From: Phaeosaccion multiseriatum | Taxonomy: Eukaryota; Protista; Ochrophyta, other classes | Length of the DNA stretch: 64,000 nucleotides | Direction of reading: 5' to 3' | NCBI GenBank assembly: GCA_965112735.1 | Contig: OZ218953.1 | Span: forward strand, 1,178,001-1,242,000 | Part shown: in pieces, positions 1 to 13,188 of the stretch | How positions within the stretch are numbered: position 1 is the first letter of the stretch | Layout: each line of letters begins with the position of its first letter | Made by a program: the position numbers and the translations under genes | Notes under the pieces: generated by a model | Databases searched by the model: none | The model's input: the letters and a program-made list of their open reading frames with translations, nothing else | What the model was told of the DNA's origin: nothing

Positions 1-362
1 CGGCCTTCAGTATCAGGTGAGGGGGGATGTTCCCTCGCTACACGCGAAACGGGGGCTGCAAATACCTCACCTGAAGTCACCTGAGGGGGAAACAGACGCA
101 CTTTCTGCGCTGGAAAGAGTTATACCGGAGTGAAATGGAAGCAATGATGGGTTGTGTCGATGCTATTCAGACCTTTTGTGTGCCTGGACAGGGTGCAGGA
201 GAAAGAGGACCTTCGGCCCCTCGACAGACAATCAAGAGCGTGCTGTATTCCCGAGATGTGCGCCTTCCCCGTTTGCTCGCTTCCTCTGCACCCCCTCCCT
301 TACACGCTGTTGATCGACACCCCATTCCATGCCGATGCTCGTTGCTCGCTGTTCCATTCCAG

Positions 363-467
363 TCTTTGCAGAGAGTGGAGAGCGAGCAAATAGTGCTTAT
401 GGAGAAGCTAAGCCACAGCGAGGCGCTGCTGGCCGGAGAAGGCGAGGACACCGCCCCCCACAAATAG
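363..467 (+). CDS. Probable terminal exon of a gene whose upstream part is unresolved (hypothetical protein)
   Basis: Pyrimidine-rich ttccattccAG acceptor (AG at 361-362), then 34 sense codons (SLQRVESEQIVLMEKLSHSEALLAGEGEDTAPHK) and TAG. No family recognised. Confidence 0.35.
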   Translation, partial: SLQRVESEQIVLMEKLSHSEALLAGEGEDTAPHK

Positions 468-1086
468 CAGACACTGCGCATGCACCTGCCTGTAAATCAA
501 TCTAGTTCCCATTATGCTTTTGCCTCCTCCTCGGCGACTCGCCATTCTTTCTCCAGTGTCTCGTATCCGAAGGAAGGAGGCCCTCGGCATCCTCACCTCA
601 ACACCAACAGGCCTTCGTAGCTGCGGGTTCAGGCGAGAGGGAGAGCGACGCACGAGGGCTAACAAGGCCGACCCCGCCCTGACTGAGGCGGGGGAGGAAC
701 AGAGACTGCCTGCGAGCAGACTGCACGCACATAGCTTCCAGCGTCATCCCGTCTGCCTCTGCCCAAAGCTTGCGCCTGACGGGTGCTGCTGCCCGATGTG
801 AATCTGCCGCTACCGCTACTGCCCTTGCGCACAGAGCCGCAGAGTCCGACTTTTTCCGCGCCACACCCCTCACAGAGAGCCCTGGGGGCGCTGTTTGTCG
901 GGCCCACTGGAGCCTGTGCTGGTGCCGGTGCGGTCGTGCGGCTGTTTGTGTTTGGTGGAGGAGGGCGTCCAGTGCTGCAGCGGAGATGGACACTTGCCCA
1001 CAAAAGTTGCACGTATCTTCTTACTACCTCGACATCAGCTCACTGTGCAACCAAAGTTGACGAGTACCACGGGGGGGTCTTCCTGC

Positions 1087-1997
1087 TTACTCAGCTGCAA
1101 TAGAAGCGAAGCGAAGGAGGGTGACCGGGCGAAGAGAGCAGCGTGAGTACGAGCATGGCCCCAGAGCGCGTAAGGGGGGCTGAGGGGCCATGTGTATCGG
1201 GAAGAATCTTGGGCAGATGGAGGGTGGGGTGAATCTTCGCTTCTGCGGCAGTGTCACACCCAATTTCACACTCACATGAACCCACTTGCCCAGCCCCCTG
1301 TAGTGCGAGTTGGCAGTCTTGACCACTACCGTGGAGACAGCTGCTCCGACGACAGACTTGAGCCACCATCCGAGAGGAAGGCAGCCCACGCTCAGCGCCA
1401 GCGCCCCACCCGCCATGGTGCTGCCCCACAGCAGACTGTTGTTAGACGAGATGACGTAGATGGCGTACCGAATCTGATACACCATCGGGTAGGGAGTGAT
1501 TGATGGTTAGTGAGGGAGGCCGCGCGCAAGAGAGGGGTGAAGCACGCACACGGGGCAGAGAGGGTGCAAGAGTGTCTGCTGCGCGGAAGGGAAGGCTACA
1601 AGATTCATTCAATACTCACATTATCTTTGACCCTCTCTCTGTCGAACCTTCGGCGGTGTCGAGAGTAGGCATTGCTCCTGCAGAGCAAATGTGACACAAG
1701 CATAAGACCAACCTTGAGCATTTTCCATATGGTTTCCCGTCTTCGACCAAACCTGAGCATTCTCTACATGTCTATCGCCTCCAGAAAGTGTAGCCGAGGC
1801 ACTACAACCCTGAGGGGGAAGATACGAGGGAGGAAGCGGAGCACTCACCAGAGCGCGCCGCCAAATGCGAAGCAGGCGGCTTTCACGGCAAAGGAGAGAA
1901 AACGATCGGCCCCAAGAGCGTAGCGCAAGTACAGTGCCGCCACGCCCGTCGTGAGCGTCGCCTTCCTCCCCAGGATACTCCCCAGCCCCCCCCCCAT
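1087..1997 (-). CDS. Multi-exon hypothetical, probably membrane, protein; 3' end unresolved
   Basis: ATG at 1997, exon to 1849 ending at a GTGAGT donor (MGGGLGSILGRKATLTTGVAALYLRYALG...FAFGGAL). A further hydrophobic segment lies in ORF 1087-1485 (...GGALALSVGCLPLGWWLKSVVGAAVSTVVV...). Divergent from the gene at 2186. Confidence 0.35.
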
Positions 1998-2185
1998 GTA
2001 AGAGGGAGAATCAAGGAGAATGAAAGAAAGGGAGAAATTGAAACTAAAATTGCTCCGAAGGCGGCCTCCCTGAAACGCCGAGCGAGGGGCCGCCATATAT
2101 ATTGGCGAGCTTGGCTGGGGGAGATGGATGGAGGTTGGGGTGTTTAATCGGTAAAGGGTAGATCTCGGGTGGCGAGGAGGAAGCC

Positions 2186-3750
2186 ATGCCTCAGTCTCTC
2201 TCAGCAGCTGCGAGCTTACATGACAGAAAGGAATGCCGGTGCTTCATGGCGCAGGAGGATCCTTCCCGTCGCCCTCGCTGCATGGGGTCCGACGTGGGGA
2301 AGGAGTCGATTTTCAAGAAGGGAAAGCTCTCTGCTCTGGCCGAGAAGAGGAAGGCGAATGGCTACCCTCAGAGCCAGGTAGAGATGTGTGCCCGTGCCTG
2401 TGTACCCGTCTTGCCGAGACTGGCTTGCACTCCTTGCTAACGCTTCCGCCTCTGTCTTCTTGCCCAGACATACTACTACGACGTTGCACGGCACACATTG
2501 AGAGTGCAAGGTGGCCTACCACAGCTGACGATCACCCGAAATGGGCGACATGGACTTCACAACAGCCCTTCGAGTCCGGTGAAGAGTGTGATCGACTGCG
2601 GCTGCTCCGTCACCTCCGTCAAGAGGAAGCGAGGCAGCAAGTCGAGCCATAGTCACCAGCTCCGGAAGCAGCAGCAGCAGCAGCAGCAGCAGCAGATAAG
2701 CGGGTGGAGGACTAGCCCAACGAAGGGAAGAAGGCCAAGTGATGGGGCGCCGGGCGCGGAGCAGCTACCGAGCTTCAAGGAGGGAAGCATTGCGCCTCAG
2801 AGTCGAGCCTCGCCCCGCAGTTTGAGAGCACTGAGCTCATCCAAGAGCTCGGGGGTGATTGGCGGAGGAGAGGGGGGGTCCAGTGGGGAGGTGGGGAGCA
2901 AGCCATCCGTGCCCTTCTCCCCCTTTCCCTCCTCCTCCTCCTCCTCCTCCTCCTCCAAGAAGCGAGAAAAGAGCAGAGGGTGTGCGGGGGCGGTGAGTAT
3001 GAGTGGCCCTGACTTCAAGTCCGGTCGATGGGAATTCGAAGAAGAAGCTAATGCCACCAGGACCGGAGGCAGTGATGCCTCTCTTCAAAGCGCAACCCTC
3101 GGGCTGTCGGGGGGGGGAGGCAGCGGCGGAGCGGACGCTCTTGGGGGTGACGAAGGTGGAGGTGGGGTGGGCCGTCGTCCTTCCTTCCTCGCCGCCTCAG
3201 AGTCAACAGAGGCAGGAGCACCGCTATCTGCCTCCCACCTTCCTTCCCCCCTTCAGCATCAGGAGACGCAGCTCCAGTTCGACACGTCGGCATCGATGAT
3301 GGGCAGCAGCGGCGGCAGCATCAGCGACATCAGCCCTTCCTTCCACTCCTCCCTACAGCACCAGGAGACGCAGATAGACTTCGGAGCGTCGGTTATAGAC
3401 AGCACCATCGACACCAACCACAACGACAACAACAACAGCCCTCCTTTCCTGTCCTCTCCCCACAGTACTGACTTTGCCCGCACGCCGCTGGACAGCACCT
3501 CCTCCAGCGTGGAGAGCACCTTCGTCTTCGACGACAGCGTCGTCAAGAGGGGGGGGACGTCGGGCGAGGGCAGCGTCGGTTCTCTGTGCTCTTCCATCTC
3601 ATCGCTCGATGTGGACGACTCCTCCTCTCTGGGGGGCTCGTGCGGAGGCTCTCTGTACGGGGACGGGGACGACGCGTCGCTCTATCCTTTGCATGGGGGA
3701 GGCTCAGGTGCGGCTTGTGTGTGTGCGTGCGTGTGAGTGTGTGTGTGTGC

Positions 3751-3781
<31 letters not shown>

Positions 3782-4411
3782 GTGCCGACCCGTGGTCCTG
3801 TCTTCAAGATCCTGACATTGCACGTAATGCGTGACTGTGTGTTTGGATGGACCAAACAGCAATTCTGAGCGAGGCGTCCCAACTACTTTACACAAGCTGG
3901 GAAGTGCTGCCTTGGCAGGCACGTCTGTGCCCAAAAGCATTGGAGGAGAGAGAGAATAAGTAAGTCAGTATGTCAGAAAAGCCAGTCAAATCTGAAACTG
4001 AAGATGCACCAGGGGGGAGAGGCGGCGCAGGGAGCAGAGCAGCCCCCCCACACACATACCACTTACCCCCCTCCTTCCCCGCGTTACCCCTCTTCTGTGG
4101 CTGCTTCGGCACTGCTCCTCGCCCTTGCCGTACACAACTCACTCACACACACTCGTACCACCCCCCGACACACCCGACACGGCGGCCGAACAGGCGTCTC
4201 GGGGAGGCGCTGCGGGAGGAGGCCCAGCGAGAGCGGCAATGGTGCCAGAGGGAGCAGGAAGAGGCAAGGGACACGGCCGAGCGGGAAGAGCAACTCATGC
4301 TGCAGTGGTGGGCTGACCAGCACCGCAGGCTCATCAAGAGGGAGAAGGACAGCCGCATAGGGGCAGGTACGCAACGGGCGGGGGGCGAGGGGCGTGTGTG
4401 TGTGTGTGTGT

Positions 4412-4442
<31 letters not shown>

Positions 4443-4465
4443 CGTGTGTGCGTGTGTGTGCATAT

Positions 4466-4496
<31 letters not shown>

Positions 4497-7400
4497 CGTG
4501 TGTGCGTGTGTGTGTGCATATGTGCGTGTGCGTGTACGTGTGTGTGTGTGTGTGTACGAGGGTGGATTTGTGCGTGAATGCCAAGTGGTAGGGGGCGGTC
4601 TACTCGTTTTGGGTCCAGGGGGGTCCTGCTTCTCTTGGCTCTTGGCTTACGAGCAGTAGGCTCGGAAACCACCGTAACGGCGGTGCTCTCTCCGGCGGCG
4701 GCGGCCTGAGCGACTCGCTGAACTTCCTCCTGGCATTGTTTTGTGCCTACATGAACAAATACACAGGGAGGGTCTTAATAAAGTATAGGAAGCTTCTGAC
4801 TGTCGACGAAGCGGGTCACCTTAAGAAGGTGTTCGAAGAGCGCAGTCACCAACAGGAGCAGCTGGCTGCCAGAGAGGAGGAGGACTTTCGACAACGCTGC
4901 CATGTGCTGCAGCAGCTGTACCAGGAGTTCAGCCAGCGAGACAGCGGCGACGGCTCCGGTCGTACCCCGGGGGGAGGAGCCGAGGAGGACGGCAAGGACG
5001 GCAAGGATGAAGGCAAGGAGGGGGTTGGAGCGACGGACGGGGAGGCAACGAACACTGGTGATAAGGAGGACGCAGATGGAGACGCCGGAGTCACAGACGC
5101 GCGCCGTGCCGAGAGGAGGAGCGCTACCCAGGCCGCTCTCGCGAGCACTCTGGAGAAGGAGGGGAGGAGATCCAGCGGCGCGCAGGATGAGTGTCTGGGG
5201 CTTCTCGCGCTCTGGGCAGAGGAGAGGGGCGCGGGGCTGGCGGAGCAGATGCAGCAAGTCAAGGGGCGGGTAAGTATCAGGCATGTCAGCTGTCAGGTGT
5301 CAGGTGTGGCAGGTATCAAGTGTCAGGTGTGGCAGGTATCAGGTGTCAGGTGTCAGGTGTCAGGTGTCAGGTGTCAGGTATCAGGCATGTCAGCTGTCAG
5401 GTGTCAGGTGTGGCAGGTATCAAGTGTCAGGTGTGGCAGGTATCAGGTGTCAGGTGTCAGGTGTCAGGTGTCAGGTGTCAGGTATCAGGCATGTCAGGTG
5501 TCAGGTGTGGCAGGTATCAAGTGTCAGGCATGTCAGGTGTCAGGTGTGGCAGGTATCAGGTGTCAGGTGTCAGGTGTCAGGTATCAGGTGTCAGGTGTCA
5601 GGTGTCAGGTATCAGGTGTCAGATGTCAGGTATCAGGTGTCAGGTGTCAGATGTCAGGTGTCAGGTGTCAGGTGTCAGGTGTCAGGTGTCAGGTGTCAGG
5701 TGTCAGGTGTGGCAGGTATCAGGTGTCAGGTGTCAGGTGTCAGGTGTCAGGTGTGAGGTGTCAGATGTCAGGTATCAGGTATCAGGTGTCAGGTGTCAGG
5801 TGTCAAATGTCAGATGTCAGATGTCAGGGGCCAATGTCGGGCTTCGTGCGATGGTGGTGCTACGCGCCGCCGCCTCCCTCAGTGCTCGTGCCAAATCCGT
5901 CACCCCTGTCTGGAGGAGGGCCTAGTCCTTCTACACACGCTCTCCCATGGCCAGTCGCCTCCGACCGACTGATGAGACTCTGCGTTTGTCGCCCTCCCCT
6001 CCCCCTCCCATCCCATTCCTCTCCCCTCCTTCGCCCCCTGTGCCCTCCAAGCTCACATCAAAGCCTACCGTACTCGCCCCCTCCCCCCACCCCCATCTCC
6101 CACTCGTGTTGGTCATCCACCCCCCCCCCCATGTCTCACAGGTGAGTGCCCGCTGGGCCCGAGCCCTGCGTATGTACGTGGCGCAGTGTGCGGCGGACAG
6201 GGGCCGCATATACCTCATGCAGAGGGCCGCGCTCGACGTTGTAGACCTCAGGCTCAGGAGGGAGTTCCGCAGGTGAGAGAGACAGAGGTGTATGGGCAGG
6301 CAGATGGAGGTATATGGGCGAGCGGGCGAGGACAGAGGTTAGAGAAGCCTACGGGAGGGGGAAGGGGAGGGAGGAGACAGACACCGACGAAAGGGGCACT
6401 CCTCACTCGACCTCTCCCGACCATAGGAGCGGTGCGCTCAGTGTCCGACACCCAATCATGCCCAATGAGGCCCAATGCTCCAAGAATGACCAATAGCCCA
6501 CGTCCCTCCTGCTGTGCGTGGCTTTGGTGCCGTGTCACGTTAGGGTGGATGAGCGCATCCGAGAGGAGAAGGAAGAGCGCCACCGGGTGCTCACGCTGCA
6601 GAAGAAAGTGGGCAAGAAGGCCCAACGCCACGTTCTTCGCGTCCTGACTGGGCCCGCGCATGGGCAGCAGGTGAGCGCAAGGGGCCGAGGTGTCAGTTGT
6701 TGGGACCCCGTGTTGTAGGTGCTACGACTCCGTATGGCGTGGGTTAGGCTCGGCTGGAGGGGGAGCTTCGCCGCACCCTTCCCCCCCCACAACCCTTCTA
6801 GGGCAAAAGGCGTTTAGTGAGTGTGGGGTCCGGGAGTGGACCACATAAGACATCCGTCGTCTTGATTTTGCCTTCTTTCTGAAACGCCACACGCCCATGC
6901 TTGCCCACCCACCCACCTACCCAGAGGAGCGGCGTGTGGCCGGACAGACAGGCCAACGACATCGAGTTCGCCACCAGAGGGGTAGGCAAGAGATACAAGC
7001 TCATGTCGGTAAGGAAGGAGACGTATAAAGATAAGGCAACGGTCTGGTGGACCATACATGGCGTAGTGAGGGGGGTGAGGGCTTTGGGGGGGGGTGGGGA
7101 AGCAGAGAAAGGGACTAAGAGGTCCACTTTTGAGCGCCTGCGCCCGGCGCCCTCCCTCCCTCCCTCCCTCCCTCCCTCCCTCCCTCCCTCCCTCCCTCCC
7201 TCCCTCCCTCCCTCCCTCCCTCCCTCCCTCCCTCCCTCCCTCCCTCCCTCCCTCCCTCCCTCCCTCCCTCCCTCCCTCCCTCCCTCCCTCCCTCCCTCCC
7301 TCCCTCCCTCCCTCCCTTCCCGCCGTCTAACGACACCCACTACTCACTCCATTCCACCACATTCCTTTCCACTTCCTTAGCTCATGTTCGAGAAGCGGCA

Positions 7401-8445
7401 GCGGCTGGCGGAGCTGCACACGGAAGGCGTCAAGAAGGGCTGGAAAGCCGCCCTCATACAGTGGAGAGCGGCCATGCGCAGGCGGCAGATACGCATCGCA
7501 AGGGAGGAGGTGCGGCGGCAGGACCTCTCGCAGCTCAATGAGGAGCACGACGAGGAGGGAGTTGTGGAGCACATGAGGAGGGGCACGGAGGGGCGTTGGG
7601 AGGCGGCGCAGCGGCTCTGGGAGGAGGTGCATGAGGAGCAGGACAAGCCATCTGTGAGCATCCTCTTTGGAGCACGGGATGGGGTGATGGAGGGCTTTGC
7701 ACGGCATTTGCATTGGCTTGTGGATGCTGTGGATGACGAGGGGCGAAGGAGAGATGCCGTGTGGCGACGGGCGGTGGAGAAGGTGAGAGTCGGAGGGGGT
7801 GGGTGGGGAGGTGGAGGGGAGGAGGAGGGGAAGGGAGGGGAGGGGAGGTGGAGGGGGGGGGGCGAGGGGAGGGGAGGGGAGGGGAGGGGAGGGCGGGGTA
7901 GGGGGTAGGGGGGAAGGTGTGGGAGGGGAGGAGGAGGGAGGGAAGGGAGGCGTGCACGGCTTGCTGGACGCGTGTGCTCTTGCGAGAAGAAGAGAGCGAC
8001 AAGGTCCTCTCCTTTCCTGCCGCCCTACTACTTTTCTTTCAATTTCTTAGGTGATTCCTATGAAGTCAATAAAATCCCTACTGCTTACACTGACCAACAG
8101 CCTGAACTTCTTGAATTCGCCCCTCCCTGCTGCAGGAGGTGCCTGTCTTCGGCACTCAGTTGGCGACGCTGGTGAGCTCCGCGGAGGAGGAGGTGTCTCG
8201 CAAACTCCAAGGCCTCGCCATCGACATGTCCGCTCTGCTGCAGATGCTGCGGCAAGAGCAGCTCGATGCCAGCGGGAAGCGCAACAAGGCCCACGCACAG
8301 GCAGTTGAGGTCATCATCAAGGAGGGGGTGGACGCGGTGAGTACGTGGGGTCGTAGCGACTTCTTGATACACGATATGAAGCCCGATCGACCCGCCTAGA
8401 CCAGTTCTGAAACCGTAATACACCTCCTTGTTGCTTCCTTCTATT

Positions 8446-8492
<47 letters not shown>

Positions 8493-11400
8493 TTCCCTCT
8501 CTCCCATGCTCTCCCTGTCTCGCAAACGTTCCGGACTTCCTCATTCACCTCAGCTCCTGAGCGCCAAGGGGGAGGAGCTCGCGTCTACCGAGGCCACCTC
8601 TCTTCGCCTCAAGGCCACTGCCAGGCTTGAGAAGCTTGCCAAGGAGGACGCGCAGGTGAGAGGGTGGCAAAGCACACAGTACGAGGTGTTGGGCCCGTCC
8701 ATCGTACACTGGTGTCAGGACTCGAACCAACTTGAAGGGATCTGTTGAGCCATTTCTGCCCCGTCCTTTGCCCTCCTTGCTCTTGGCGTGTGTATACGAA
8801 CAGGAGGGTAAGAAGGCCATCGGCGAGGTGGAGAAGAGCCTTGTGGAGCTGGCGCAAGAGGCCAGGCACAATGTGAGTTTCGTGTCGCTGTGACCACTGT
8901 GACGTGTCTGCAGATGAACATACATGATGATGGCTCCATCCCAGCTGTGGGGTCAGGGCAATGCAGTCAAGCAATCTTGGCTTCGGTCATTCCGTGGCAT
9001 CGTGGAAGGAGGGCAGTCAATACGACCACGCGATTCCACTCGAAGCGAAAGAGAGAAGCCCTTGCGAGCGTATATGGCTCTCTCGTGGGTCTCCGCAAAC
9101 GATGACGACTCCAGCTTCAGTTTCATCTCTCGTCCTGTTCACCCCATTTGCGCGCGCTAATGAGACGACTCACCCCCCCCCCACTCCTACCCCGACCCCT
9201 CTACACAACCCTACACAACCCTACACAACCCTACACAACCCTACACAACCCTACGCAACCCTACGCAACCCTACACAACTCTACACAACCCCACGCAACC
9301 CTACACAACCCTACACAACCCTACACAACCCTACACAACCCTACACAACCCTACATCTCTACTCCCCACCCCCACTCCACCGTCTTCGGTCAGTGCCAAG
9401 CTGCGGTGGAGGCTGCCCGAGAGGATCTGTGGGCCGCCGTCGAAGCCCAGCGTAAGAAGGAGGAGGGGCGCGTGGCGGGGGAGGGGGCGCTGCTGGGCAT
9501 GACCACGCAGCGTTGGGTGGGGGAGACGCGTCGAGTGGAGGAGGAGATGAGGAAGGAGCTGGCTGACAAGATGGGGGCCTTAGCCGCCAAGAGTGGGGTG
9601 GCCCAAGAGAGGGAAGACGATGCTTCCGCAGTAGCAACAGCAGAATCAGCAGTTGGTGATGGCGATGGCGATGGTGACGGTGATGCAGCAGCAGCAGCAG
9701 CAGCAGAAGGGGTAGCAGCAGAAGGGGCAGTGGCAGAAGCGGAAGCAGCAGTAGCGGAAGGAGAGGGAGAGCGAGAAGTCGAGGAAGGTGACAAAATGGG
9801 TGGCGAGGAATGGAAAAGGGCGCAAGAAGGGAAGGAAGGGGAGGAGGGGGCAGAGGAAGAGGCAGGGAAGCAGAGCGCAGAAGATGGAGCTGGATGGCAT
9901 GAAGACACCGCGACAAACGCAGCAAGCACTTCCCTCACTACCACACCACCGACCCCCACCCGGCCTGCGAAGGGCCACAGAAAGATGACGGAAGAAGCAC
10001 TGATTGCCAAAGAGAGCCTCCACTCCTTACGGTCCAAGCGCACTCTGGATCTCGTGACAGAAGGGTTCGCGCCCCTCGGGACGGATCTGGTCGCGGCCGA
10101 GAAGCAAGCGAGTGATATGATGGAGCGTCGCGCGGCCCGAGTGGCGGAGGAGAGCGCAAAGCTGAGAGAGGCCCAGCTCGAAAGGCTAAAAGACGCGCTG
10201 TTGCTCGCTCAGGAGAGCATTCAGGCACGTGGGGAAGTAGAGGGGGGGTGGGCGGGCTTGCGAGGAGGGAGCTCGTCTTAGAGGGACCGTGCTGCTGCTG
10301 CTACTGCTGCTGCTGTTGTCCTCGTTGTCCATGTCTTTGTCGTTGCTTGCATGTGATAGTTACTGGTAGTGATGGAGGGGGGTCGATGCTTCATCTCGTA
10401 TCTCGAGTCGATCCCGATCCGTCGCCCACACCCTCATCCTCACCTCGCCCCATCCTGCTATAATACCCCGCCCCTCTTCCATCCTGTAGCTCAGAATGCT
10501 CTACCCACCGCCCCACCCCGGCCACGCCCCTCACTCACGCAAACTCTCTCCACCCCGCCCCGCCCCGCCCCCCCCCCACTGCACTCGACTCGCCCCCGTC
10601 TCTTCCCTCTGCAGACGACCGTGAGCCGCTCCGTGTCGCTCCTTGAGGTTCAGCTCGGAGCCAATCTGCGGCTCTCACGCGAGCTCTACCCACTGCAGAT
10701 GGACGACGTACGGATCGGCCTGCAATGGCTCGCAGACCACAGACACCGCCTGCTGAGAGAGGAGAGACTCATGGAGACAATGTTCGAGGAGGAGCACAGA
10801 AGGCAGCTCACGGTCAGCGCCAAGGTGCCCACAGCGCGTCTCACCAAGTTCCAGGAGGAGTGGCGCAGGGAGGTGGCGCAGCTTATGGAGGATGAGTGGG
10901 CGGAAACCGAGCACTTTTTGAGCGAGTGTAAGACCCGCCTCATCGAAGAGCGCTCGCTGATCCTTGCCGCGAGGATGCAGGGGGGTGGTGGTGGTGGTGG
11001 AGGAGGAGGAGGAGGAGACGGCGCGCAAGAGAGCGAGGCAGCTTCCTGCGTGCAGGAGCAGGAGAGCGGGGCGGCAGCAGCGGCGGGGTCGGAGGGGACA
11101 CCCCCGACGACGCAGCGAAAGAAGAGGTTCAGCACTCAGATGCAGCCCGTCGGAGGTGCTGCTCGCAGGCTCAGCTCTCAGATCATGAGCGAGGTGTCGG
11201 GTGCCATCGGAGCCGTCGGAGGGGCCCTCAATGCCACCAAGGCGGGCATAACGGTGGCCCTGCAGACGGCCACGGGGCACAAGAAGGCCCTCACTGTGGA
11301 GCAGGCCCGAGCGGCGGCCTCCAAGTCGCTCCTCACGGACTTTGCCGACGACAAGCTGCCCAAGGTCCTGGACCGCTGGCATGCGAGGACCGCAGACGGG

Positions 11401-12950
11401 CTCAACGACATGGAGACGGGCTTGCAGAGGCAGGCAGCAGCCTTCATCGCGGACTTCCGCGCCGCACACAAGGCGCTGTGGGAGGTGTGTGGATGGCAGT
11501 GCATGGCAGTGGGGTTCGGGACTCTTGAATTGGTCGATGTGTGTGTGTGTGCGTGTGTTTGCATACATTGCGCTCACACCTGGACGCGGCTCTAACTTCT
11601 GGCCTTGACCATCTTCCTCTTTCTCTCGCTCCTTGCATCTCTCTTTCCTCACTCTCTCCCCTATTCTCTCGCCCTCCCCTCCTCTTTCTCGCGCACTCGC
11701 TCATCGGAGCAGGCGGAAGAGGATCGCTTCAATACGGAAGCTCGAACCGCGGAAGCCGAAACCGACGCGCGGCCGCTGCTCACACTCGTGGAGGACGCGA
11801 GAAAGCGCGAGGAGCAAGAACAAACCCCCTGTGCGCCATCACCCGCGGCTTCTACTGCCAGTTCTACAGAGACTCCTACTGAGACTGCTACTGCTATTAC
11901 TACCTCCACCATAGCTACTACGGCTACTGCTGCTAGTGCAAGCGCCATCACTACAGCCACTGGCAGCGATGAAGATGGATGGGATGTCGTGCGGGGCGCT
12001 GCCGAGGAGCGTCTGCGCGTGTGCCAGGCCCGACAGGAGGACACGTGGAGTGCTCTGCGGGAAGGCATGACTCGAGGCAAGAAGCAGCTCAGGGACGCCA
12101 GCAAGGAGCAAGAGAAGAAGGTGAGAGAGATCTAAGAGAGGGCAGGCAAAGAACCAAAGCACAGCTCAACATGGCAACCAAGCGCTTCGTTCGCAGGAAT
12201 GTGGATGGAAAAAGGCGCTTAACGGCGATAATGGCGTGACCTTCCTTTTCTCCACATCGGCCCGTCTGTGCATGGCTTGGAGCTCTCGTCCTCTTCCTCT
12301 CACCTCACCTCTACCGCCCCTGTCCCCTCGCGTCGCATGCCCTCTCCGCTTGCCTCGCCCGCTTCTCTACCGCTCCTGCTGCTGCTGCTGCTCTGCTGCT
12401 GCTGCCGTGTGTATGATGGGTCCCGCCTGCCAGCTGATGGATCACTTGAAGGCCCTGGTAGCACCCGTGCGATTGGAGGCGGAGAAGGAGCAGAGGGACA
12501 TTCTCGACGCCGCCAGCTCCGCACGTGAGTACATGCGCAGCAACTGCAGCAGTTGGTGATACAGCGCTTCTGCCAAACTTGGTCGAAGTGAACCCCCTTC
12601 GTCACACGACCTCTCGGGCCGTTGTCGCGCTTCCCTACCGTAGGACTTGGGCAACCGACACGCCCGCATGCTTACCGACCATCGCAGGAGCTTTCTTCCT
12701 TGCTTCAACTGTTCTAGTCCCCCCTCACTCACTCACTCACCACTAATGATACGCGCTCCCCGCCACACCTCCACACCCTTGCCCTGCCTTGCCGTGCCGT
12801 ACAGGCGAGACTCTGGCGGGCCGCCTCTCAGCGACGATGGACTCCATCCGTGCGGACCTCCTTGCCATCCGTGAGCTCCAGAAGGAGAAGCGAGGCAGCA
12901 CGGCAGCCGATGCGGCCGAGGAGAACACGCTCAGCGTGGTGGACGGCTAA
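2186..12950 (+). CDS. Large multi-exon hypothetical protein with Ser/Gly-rich N-terminus and long coiled-coil (E/R/A/Q-rich) region
   Basis: Exon 2186-2377 joins in frame to 2468-3707 across a GT..AG intron. Further E/R-rich exons at about 4194-4366, 4660-5269, 6142-6272, 6544-6670, 7381-7781, 8136-8336, 8554-8655, 9394-10228, 10615-11484 and 11711-12120. Last exon ends ...[13 protein letters not shown] at 12950, with AATAAA near 13049. Internal boundaries are approximate. Confidence 0.6.
5275..5828 (+). repeat. Intronic heptamer minisatellite (TGTCAGG/TATCAGG)n
   Basis: Visible tandem array starting just after the GTAAGT donor at 5270; it produces the spurious CQVSGVR ORFs. Confidence 0.95.
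7150..7318. repeat. Intronic (CCCT)n microsatellite
   Basis: About 42 consecutive CCCT units upstream of the acceptor near 7380. Confidence 0.95.
9197..9355. repeat. Intronic decamer array (CCCTACACAA)n
   Basis: About 15-16 tandem copies with few variants. Confidence 0.9.
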
Positions 12951-13188
12951 GGGAGGGTGGGGGAGGGCGCAAACTCATTCATGTGTCCTCCCCTTTCTCT
13001 AGGAAGCAAAACGTGTGAAGTGCTCCAACACTTCGTCTCTTCCATTTTAATAAAAGAATAGCATTCTTTTTTTTGAGAAAACTTGGATTAACTTAAGAAT
13101 GCATGTTTCGCCAATATGGAATACAATTCAATGGGGCCATTGGCTCGACCGTCAAGGAAAGGTTTGTGGGCTTCAAGGTGAGCCCGCT

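Noticed and set aside
13-76. 10-bp inverted repeat TCAGGTGAGG / CCTCACCTGA at the window start
   Set aside because: It is short, has no target-site duplication or second copy, and its context is cut off by the window edge.
3717-4556. CVCV/HTHT, PPSL/GGRE, LSLS and CQVSGVR ORFs throughout the window
   Set aside because: These are translations of intronic (GT)n, (CCCT)n, (CT)n and heptamer repeats.
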